DNA from: Microthyrium microscopicum
Lineage: Eukaryota
Direction of reading: 5' to 3'
Assembly (NCBI GenBank): GCA_010405405.1
Contig: MU004238.1
Coordinates: 1,003,530-1,067,529, forward strand
Length of the DNA stretch: 64,000 bases
Positions 54,304 through 64,000 of the stretch are shown in pieces. The notes beneath the pieces are model-generated. The model made no database searches, had not been told where the DNA came from, and saw nothing but the letters and a program-made list of their open reading frames with translations. Position 1 is the first letter of the stretch. Each line of letters opens with the position of its first letter. A program made the position numbers and the translations under genes.

Positions 54304-55974
54304 ATGGCCACCATCGCCTCTCACCCAGACGACCCAGACGACAACGCCATGATCCGCCATCCCGCCACCACCGGCGGCGACCTCTCCACTCCTCTACCCA
54401 CCTCTGGCCCCACACCACCGCGACACCACCACCACGCCTCCGTACGAGACGACGACGGCTTCATGCCGCCCTCTGCCTCACGGGGCCCAGCTCGGTTCGA
54501 CGACGATCCGCGACGCGGCTCATTCGACGCTCCACCGCGAGATATGCCCCGTGGATCTTCATACTATGACCGCAGGTATCGAGACCGCGAATACTGGTAC
54601 CCTGAATACCGTGGGCCGGAACGTGAACGCGGATACTACATTGAAGGACCCCCGCCCATGCGAGCAAACTCCCGACGTACAGAGCGGTATAGTATGCCAG
54701 TGGAGCGGGCCCGAGGTGGTGGACGGTACAGTTTTGATGATGATGAGGCGTCGAGGCCGCCGGTTCGTCCGGTGCATCGAGAGCCGAGTAGTGACCAGGA
54801 AGAATATGAAGACTATTTAGCGTGGAAAGACCACGGAGCACGTGGACGTGGCGGGGGAGGAGGAGGAGGTGGTGGTGGTGGTGGAAGGAATAGGTCGGAG
54901 ATGGGGGATGCGGCGAGTGAGATTGCGTATAGATTGCCGTATATGAGTTGGATGGGGATGAAGATGAGGGGCCATTTTGTGGCAACGTTGGGCGAGTTTG
55001 TGGGGACTACGATGTTTTTGTTCTTTGCGTTTTCGGGGACGCAGGTATGTTGACTGATGGATATGGGTGGTGTGTGATGGCTGCTAATGGTGTATAGGTT
55101 GCGAATATTGGTTCGCGGAATGTAGCGAGTACGACGACGAATGGTGAGACGGGTTTCAGTGTTGAGGTTTTGATGTACATTGCCTTGTCCTTTGGATTCT
55201 CGCTCATGGTTAATGTCTGGGTGTTTTTCCGTATTTCGGGTGGACTGTTCAATCCAGCGGTAAGTTCTTCCTTTCATCAGTCGCTTTTCTTGTCATGTTG
55301 CTAATATCTCTTGTTCTAGGTTACTCTCGCAATGGTTCTCACCAAAGCCGTCTCAGTCTTCCGCGCCTGTCTTCTCGTTGGCGCTCAAATCTGCGGCTCT
55401 CTCTTCGCCTCCTGGCTCGTCTCAATCATCTTCCCAACATCCTTCAGTGTCCGCACAACCCTCTCCAAAGACACCTCCCTCGCCCGCGGTGTAATAATCG
55501 AAATCCTCCTAACAGCCGAACTCGTCTTCACTGTAAGTCCCCCTTACCCCCCATACCAAACCCTCATCCCATTCCCCCATTACCATCCCAACTAACCCCC
55601 TCTTCCCCCAGATCTTCATGCTCGCCAAAGAAAAGCACAAAGCAACATTCATGGCCCCCATCGGCATCGGTCTCGCCCTCTTCGTAGCCGAGCTCGTCGG
55701 CGTCTACTACACCGGCGGCAGCCTCAACCCCGCGCGCTCCTTCGGGCCCTGCGTCGTCACCGGCATTTTTGACAAGGAGCACTGGATCTACTGGGTAGGA
55801 CCTGGAGCGGGTGCCATAATCGCGGTCATTTTTTACAAGTTTATTTTGATTTTGCAGTATGAGTTGGCGAATCCGGGACAGGATGAGACGAGTGAGAAGA
55901 AGGCGGAGCAGGTGGCGGAGGAGGCGAAGGAGACGCTGAAACAGCAACGACATACGGGCATGAATGCGGTGTAG
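54304..55974 (+). CDS. Aquaporin (MIP family) with long N-terminal extension, 4 exons
   Basis: GEFVGTTMFLFFAF, FRISGGLFNPA|VT, YTGGSLNPARSFGP, HWIYWVGP; both NPA motifs intact. Confidence 0.93.
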
Positions 55975-56996
55975 AATTCGTTGGTGAGTAAAAGGCTTTT
56001 GGTGATGTTGGGCGGGTCAAAGATTTTCATGGGTACTGGCGTTTTGAGGTGGTTCAAGATTTGGTATTCATTTAATAGCCGCATAGCGAAGTTTTGGCGC
56101 ATTGGGCAACGATGATATCAGGATGACATGAGGTACGATTCGATATGTACGATTGAATGTTTTGCTGTAATTCGTATGAGGTGTAAGATAGATTGTTAGA
56201 TCTGATATACACGCAATTAGATCGAGTCTCGTCTGAACCGTTCTCTTTAGCTAACTACTTGTATTCCCAAGCAGCGTCAGGTGTGCTCTATAATCGGATG
56301 ACGTAGTGTTATACGGAACCAGTCACAAGTTCGGAGTTCAGAGTTAACGAGGTGATTATTAACGGTGTCTACGTTTTGTATCGCCATTTCTGGCCGAAGT
56401 TTATTGTCTTTCTTGTCAGGTCTGGTGTCTGGCATCATGCGTTGTGAACACTTTGTTCTCCACATTTTCGAATTATTTTCGAGTATTATGAGGCCTCCTC
56501 TAGATAGCAAGGAATCTGATAGGACAAAATAAAGTTCCACAATTTGAGGTGTTGATCGAGGAATTGGTCAGTGACCTCGTCCGACAGACTTTACTACCTT
56601 GTACACCTATATCCTCAGAACTAACAGTCTAAGAGTTTTTGCGCACTCTTAGATGCATCTCATAAGTTCGTTCTTCCTTCTCCGATTCGTTTTAAGGTCG
56701 CTTTATACTCCAGCGAGGTGTAAAGTTGCAGTGACTAGTCTACCTCCACAAGGAGATTATGCCTTCAGATATGTCACCAGATGACTCCGAGAATAGACTA
56801 GCGACTTGACGACATTCACTTGAGTACTCTCGGTGACGAGATAACTCCTGATTCCAATGCCGTCATCTGCTATAAAATCTAATTCTCCTCATCCACTTCC
56901 TCCAGCATTCCAACCGCTTCTTACCACAACTTCAACCCAACACTTTCCAAAACCACGACAATCACACAAACAAAACACCATCAAACTCTCTCCAAG

Positions 56997-57582
56997 ATGC
57001 GTTTCTTTACCATCTTCACCGTTTCGCTCGGCATGGTCGGCTCTGCAGTAGCCAGTCCTTTCAACGCAACCTACCAATCCTCCAGCGCTCTCGAAGCCGC
57101 CGTCCAGGTAAAACTCTTCCTATTCTAATCCATCACCACCTCTCAATGCCCTCCTCCAATCCCCCCATAACCCAACTAACCTCAACCACCAGAAACTAAC
57201 CACCATCCACGGCCCCGCCAACCTCACCGCCGTCAAAGCCGCCCTCGGCTACTACGGCGTCATCTGCAACCAAAACAAGCTCAACAAAAACGACATTGGC
57301 GCCTGCTACGACATTCTACAAGACAAGAAAGACCGTACCTTCTACGTCGGTGTTTCCGGCAAAGGCAAAGGTGATTTCTGCCACTTCAACGACGTGTACT
57401 TTAGCGGTATTGGTTGGTCTGATAATGGGGGTCGGGGAACTGGTGAGGCGCCGGGCGTGCAGTGTGTGGTTGCGTATGCTACGATTATCTACTATTGTGG
57501 GTTTAGTGGTGGGTCGGTGGGGACGTTTCAGAGCGCGGATAATGATCTTGTTGTTCATATGACTGATCATTGGGTTATCTGA
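56997..57582 (+). CDS. Small secreted Cys-containing protein (~165 aa, one intron), effector-like
   Basis: Signal peptide MRFFTIFTVSLGMVGSAVA; GTAAAA..CTAAC..CAG intron; mature part GVICNQ..GACYD..DFCHF..VQCVV..YYCGF..DNDLVVHM. Confidence 0.8.
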
Positions 57583-58256
57583 GGCACTAGAGAATGAATG
57601 GCCGTGATGGACATGGTGGTTGGGAAGAGTGGTAATCATGCGGCATAGCATGCGAACACAATGCTTGTTGTCGCGGATTGAGGATCGGATTCATAGTTCT
57701 CAATTGCAAACGTTTGTTCCCTTTCTCTCCACAGGTAGATTTTTAAAGTTGCCGATATGTAGCGTCTTCTTCCCGTGGGGAACATATCTACTTATCGAGA
57801 TATTCACCCCTCTCTTCAGCAAGCCAGATGAATGTGTGCAATGTCACGGGTAATTCCATATCCGGGAAGCTCGAGCAAATTGTATCTACGTATTGATTGC
57901 CCGAAAGGTATGTCTTATACAGCTACTACTGGACTGCTCCTCTACTTTAGCTACCTGTCCAAGCACTTCAACTCAAATACTCAAGGAGAGCGTGTATGGT
58001 TATGTACCTCACCTACTCAGAACTTTCTGACTAGCTTTTGAGCTAGGTACTGTCTGTTAGATATCTTCACTACCGATGACCTCGACTTCATTCTTTGCAA
58101 GGCATGTCTGTAAAGGCAAGCTATCCGCGCCATACTGTTACTTGGCCTCATCTCCTTTTCGACTAACCACCAGAAAGATCGTTTCTTGCCTGACTCTCCA
58201 GAATCAACAAACTTCATCAAACTTCCAGCTGTCCCAAAGTCATTCCAAACATAAAG

Positions 58257-59672
58257 ATGGCGAAGGTGAAGCAGGCGACGGCTCAAAATATGAGGCCTCT
58301 GGACCGGATTTCCCAGCGCCTCTCAGGCACTAACCCGACCATGACAAAAAGGCAACCTGTGAACAGCATCGCTGAGCTCAACCTGGCCCTTCGTAATGCA
58401 AATTTTCGCCTTTTCCCAATAAGCTCAACTGATCGTGACCGACTGAATGATTCGGTACTTCCATATTATTTCAACATCGAAGACATGAATCCGGATCTGC
58501 TCTGTGTGGTCACACTTATACGTCACGCCATTATGACCAAGGTCAAGAAGGCAGAGGTCATGGACATAATGAATCGCATACCATGCAGTTGTCCCTATTA
58601 TCGTTGTCGTGGGACATTCTCAGGTCACCATTTCACCAGACCTGGTAAAATCACCATTATCTCTCCGCTTTGGTCTCATCAGCAGCACCCTGAAAAGATT
58701 GGTAAGTCTCTTTTCTTCTGATGCGTTTCTGTTACGAACGGTAGAATTGTCTAGGTATCAACGGAGAGAAATTCGCCCTTTCTGCTAATTTTGCTGACAA
58801 CAAACAGGACTCTCAGTTGCGGTCTATAGTAGGTATACCAGTATACATACGAAAGGTTGCATACGTCCTGCGGTTGAGAGCAGCGTATGTGAAAATACGG
58901 TGCAAACCATTTTCAACTGTGATTCCGCAACTATGGACAACGTGCGGGCGTTCCTTGCGCCGGTGAAAGTGCATCGCATATCTCATCGTCCTTGGGTGAA
59001 TGAGCAAATTGTCGATAAAGCATGTATGTCGCAGGTGAGGTAATGAAAGCCTTATCATCGCGCAAAATAGCTAACGAAAACGAGTTTTCTCGCTTATTTA
59101 TCCATGCCTGGAGCAAAGTTGTCGAGAAGCAGCAACAGCAAGATACAACTGAGCATCCAGTTGCCACAAATGGGACTGCTAAGCAAGTCGATGTTGTTGA
59201 CTTGACGCACGCGAGCGAGGAAGAAATCGCTGAAGACTATTTGACTCTGGAGGACTGTGGTGAAGAAAATTCTACTGTAAAGGATTATGTCTCAAGCGTT
59301 GCCATTTTAGAAGACTCTACTGGAGAAGATTCTCCTAAGGCTTTCCTAGAGTGGAAGACCGAAGCCCAAGCAGACGCAATAACGACACAGTCAAGGCTGG
59401 AAGAGACCCAAAAGGCGAAAGTTGCTGTCACTGATCGCATCAAGCCCGGTACAATCTACATAGCAGATGAGAAAGGCTACATTGAGATATCACATGGACG
59501 AATGTCAACCGAGATTGTAAGCCAAAATCTGTCAGTTGGAAATCCTCTAGTCAATGAGCCACCCATTACGTCTCTGTCGGGCAATTGCAATTTGCTCGGC
59601 GATGAGGCCAATGCCAGCTCTTCTTTGACGGGAAAGAAGCCATTGCCTACCGTAGCGTGGAGGGTGGAGTAG
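58257..59672 (+). CDS. Hypothetical protein; exon structure uncertain
   Basis: Two same-strand ORFs (154 and 216 aa) with a GTAAGT..CTGAC..CAG intron-like segment between them; no domain recognised. Confidence 0.35.
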
Positions 59673-62224
59673 CGGACATGAAGTTAAGCCAAATATATTA
59701 TGCCGTAGGAAGACATTATAGTGTTTCTATTTCTTTGAAGACTTCATTCTTTCGTAGATCTTCATGTTTATCAAATAAAAGCATTTACAACTAAAGATGA
59801 AGAAGGCACTGATACGTGACGTTAGATCATAGCTCTTACCTATTCCTAAAGAGGTAGGGCTAGGGTCAGATAGATATTCTATCCCCTTTAGGGATCGGAA
59901 GCTAGATAGCTTCCTTATTCTATTATCTTACTTACTATAACTTCATCTTATTATATACTCTCTCTTTAGTAGTAGTAATAAGTTTTTAATTCTTTTTAAT
60001 TATCTTTATTACGAAGATAAATAAAAGAAGCTCTACTAATCTTAAAGCGTAGTATGTACCTTTTAGAAGATTTTATTCTTTATATTCTTATAGGCTTATT
60101 AATTAACTCCTTACTTTAAGCTTAAAGTTTCCTTAGTAGTTTTTTTACTATATCTCTTACTTCTACTATTTTACTAGAATTATTTTATAAAGTACTTTTA
60201 CTATATAACTACTAGCGCTAGATATTATATAACCTTTTAATCTTTACTTACTCTTTTCTACTAATCTATTTTATCTACTTTAATTCTTTATTAAAACTTT
60301 TTTTATAATTTACCTTTAAGTATAAAGAATTACTTAATAATATTAAGAGTAAGCCTTAACTATACTATAATTACTACTACTTAGTAAGAAGTAGTATAAT
60401 ATTAGATAATAGTTAATAAACTATTCTTTACTAATAATTACTACTATTTCTCTCTCTTTATTTCTTTTTAATTTTTTATAAGTCCTTACTCTAACTTTTA
60501 TACTTAAATTTATTAATAATATTAGACTTCTATCTATCCTTAATATAGTAGTCTTATTATTATATACTTTCTCTAAAACCTTTCTATTAATTCTTTTCTA
60601 AAAATCTTTAATTCTATATACTAGTAAAAGTAATAAATCTAGTCTCTAAAAGTTTTTACTATAAATTAGTAATTATATTATTATATAATTATTTCTAAGT
60701 ATTATACTATAGTATAAAATACTTTCCTAAAACTCTCTCTTAAGAATTAGATCTCTTTAAGCAAAACTATTAATAAGCTATTCTCTATACTCTACTTATA
60801 GATTATACCTTAATTAGGCCTAGTAAGATCTAGTTACTAGTATTTACCTAGCTAGTAGTTTTAGATCTTTAATAATAAATATCTTTAAAAGTATTTACTA
60901 TAGCTTTACTACTTCTTAATCTATAAGCTAAGGCTACCTAATAGTTTTACTAACTAATATATCGCTATAAGAATCTAGTTCTATAAGTAAAAGTTTAAAA
61001 AGTTTATAAATAAAAAGAGCTTAAAAAGAAAATTACTTATATATTATATAGAGATATATAAATAATATAAATTTATTAGAATCTTTATTAACTAAAGATA
61101 TAACTTTTAGGAGATAGTATTTATAATTTATATTAATAGAGAATCTTTCTTACTAAAAAAAATTATATAAGAAATTTATATTAAAGTTTAAATTTAAGAA
61201 CTTTCCTAAGATACTAGAAGAGTAGATAAAATAACGTAAGCTAGAAATAAAAGCTATAAAAGAATTTAGACTTTATTTAGTAAATTTTTATTAAGAGAAA
61301 AATTTACTCTTAAATATAGCCTTATCCTAGCTAATACTATAAGTTTCTTCTAGTAGATTAAGTTTATAAAATCTACCTTTAGAAGTAAATATTAAAGTTA
61401 TTTCTTTATTAATATTCTTAAAAGATTAGGATCTTATAAGAGATTACTCTCTAGTTATATAAATCTTATAAATAGAGAGCTAGAAGTATTCTACTTTATA
61501 GCTATTAATAAGAGATAATACTTTTTTAGAGTATAAATTAATAATATATCTAGATCTATATTTTAATAGTATAAATTTATTAATATTACTATAGAAAGAT
61601 TTAGTACTTTCTAAAGAAGGTTTTAAACTTAGATCTAAATTTAACTTCTTAATTCTTATAAAGAATTTAGAGTTATTTATAATCTTAATTATTTCTTTCT
61701 TAGAAAATCTATCTTTATTATTAAGCTAAAATTCTTTTGCCTTAAATTATATAGTAATTTAGACTATTCTTAGGTAGTATAGAAATAAGCTTAGTATTTT
61801 TTATAAGTATAGATATAATAAAGATTAACTCTCTAAAGAGATTATAGTAAATTATTAAAGAGATAGTAAGTAAAATAGAACTACTAACTCTAATAGCTAT
61901 AGACAAAATAATATTATAGTAAATAGTAAATATTCTAATAATAATAGTTATAATAGATTATAGTCCTATAATTATATATTAAGAAAATAGAATAATTCTT
62001 ATAATAAACATAGTTCTATAGAATTAATCTAGAGAGATTATACTCCTAAATATTAATAAGACCTAATACTATAATTAATACCTATAGTCTCTATATTAGT
62101 AGAATAGTTTATAGCTCTATTAGCCTTACTTAAGCCTATTATAGAACTTATAATAATAAGCGCTTATATAGTGCCTAATAAAATAAGCTAAGATTTAAAT
62201 TACGCTATAATAGAGTATTATATA

Positions 62225-62805
62225 AAATAGAAGACTAAGAATATAGAATATTTCTTTTTAGATACTCTATAGAGCTAGAATAAAGAAAGTATATTTTATA
62301 GAGATAAAGAATATTACTATAGAAACGTTAGACTATTCTATAACTAACTTAAAGATCTTCTAAGTTTAATAGATTATTAAACTATCTAAATAAATATTTC
62401 TTATTATCTTTATAAAGTAGTACTACTATAATATATAGTACTATTTACTCTTAAGAAAGATAGCTTATAAGAAAGACTAGCTATAGTAAACTAGGTTAAA
62501 ACTCTTAAAGCTAGATTTATACTAAATAAGATATAAGCTTTAAGTAAGCTAATAAATAACTCTAACTTACGCTATACTATAAAAGATATATTTAATAAGA
62601 AAAGCCTTATATAGTAGCTTTTTAACGTACTTATTAAAGCTAATAATATAGGCTTTAAAGATATACTATCTAAGATTAAATAGGCATATATAAACCTAAA
62701 ACTAGAGTTTATAATAGTAATTAGTAAACTAGACGTAATAATAATAATAAGTAGTTATAAGACGTTTCTAAAGAGTAATAAGTTTTTATAGAAGAAGATA
62801 GCTAT
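62225..62805 (+). pseudogene. RIP-killed gag of a fungal Ty3/Gypsy-type LTR retrotransposon
   Basis: One frame reads YYRNVRLF..L.DL...T.(R).NIS.(C)L....L.(W)Y...(W)VKTLKARF...RYT.KD...AY.NL..EF......D.....Y.TFL......(W) when RIP changes are reversed; this fits the gag pattern of ascomycete Gypsy elements. Confidence 0.65.
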
Positions 62806-63488
62806 AAGCTATTTTAAGATAATAAGATAACTTTACTATATTTAGAATACTAGTTATAATTAGTATAATAACTCTTATTATAAAAATCCTAGATATAGTA
62901 AAGGTAGTAATTAGTACGCTAGTTATAATAATAGCTCCTTAATAAACTAAGATATAAAAGTTAATAAATAGCTAACTTACTAATTATAGTAATAAGATTA
63001 TAGAAAAGATTAAAATAATAGTTAGAAGACTTTAGATTAGCTATATTATAGTTAGAAAGCTATAGCCTTAGGCTTAAGAGACTATTACTAGAACTTAGGT
63101 ATAAATTTAGGTAAGCCTATAAATAGTATAAAATAGAGTAGTAAGATACTAAATACTTTTAGTAGATAATTAGCTCTTTATTATAAATCTTCTATTATTA
63201 ATTACTAATAGTACTAAGATCTTATAAATAGCATTTAATAAAACAACTAGGTAAGTAATTAGTATAATAATTCTAACGTTATTATAGACTTACGTAGATC
63301 TTATTAGTTTATAAATTATACTTAAGATTAATAGAATAATAACGTTATATATTTAAATAATAATTAGAATTTTACTACTAATAATAATAATAATAAAAAC
63401 TACTAAGAGGAGTATAATAAAGTAAACAAAACTAAAGGTAACTTTAGAGGCTATTAAGATAATAATAGCTACTAAATTTACTATCTTT

Positions 63489-63691
63489 TGTTATAAATTC
63501 TCTTCGTTGAGATCTCTTTACAAGATCTCTAGCATCCTCATTACGTAATGCTAAGGGCTTAGCGCCTAAGGTTTAGCTAGCATAGAGCTTATCTCTTGCT
63601 AGCCCTAATCTCTCTTTTAGATTCTCTATCTTAGTTTTCTTAAATTATATCTATATCTAGATCGTATCCTTGTATTTATAGCTTCCTAACA
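63489..63691. repeat. Probable LTR (203 bp, TGTTA...TAACA) of a nested element
   Basis: Inverted TGTTA/TAACA termini; visibly less RIP-mutated than the preceding sequence; no flanking TSD, so not a solo LTR. Confidence 0.5.
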
Positions 63692-64000
63692 TAAAACTAA
63701 GACCGCTCTAATATTTAAAAACCTATTTTTAAAATGTGCTTACTAATATTGTAAGATTTAATAATTTATGTATTTAAATTCTATTATTCTATGCAAAAAT
63801 AAGTCTCTAAACTTATAAAAATAATAACCCTACTAGCGTAAAGATTTACGTATAAGGACTAAATAGCTCTATAAGTATAGACTAATTAGTAATTAAGGAG
63901 AAGATCTTAGCATCTTCTACCCTATATCTACTAGACTTATAGTAATAGCTTTGTCCTATACCTATATCTCTTCCTATATACCTAAATTAATAATAATAAA

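Larger units (their letters stand above)
59810..64000. mobile_element. RIP-mutated transposon block, running past the window end
   Basis: Extreme AT richness, TpA excess, no ORFs in the track. Confidence 0.88.

Overview
Eukaryotic DNA from a filamentous ascomycete: short GT-AG introns with CTAAC/CTGAC branch sites, and RIP-mutated AT-rich blocks. The left end holds the core of a galactosaminogalactan (GAG) exopolysaccharide locus, with an agd3-like deacetylase head-to-head with a ~2970-aa gtb3-like GT4 synthase. A GH114 (ega3-like) hydrolase lies about 28 kb downstream. Other genes are ask1, an MFS exporter, an acyltransferase-3, mcm3, a secreted protein with copper-monooxygenase-like His/Met motifs, mcr1, a secreted Ser/Thr/Pro-rich protein, rmd5, an STB6-like gene, an aquaporin and a small secreted Cys protein. 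There are two RIP blocks. The first (15.5-28.0 kb) has TA-flanked, imperfect inverted ends and long dead ORFs that I cannot match to any transposon protein. The second (59.8-64 kb) holds a Gypsy gag relic and a probable nested LTR. All calls come from reading motifs by eye; no searches were run.
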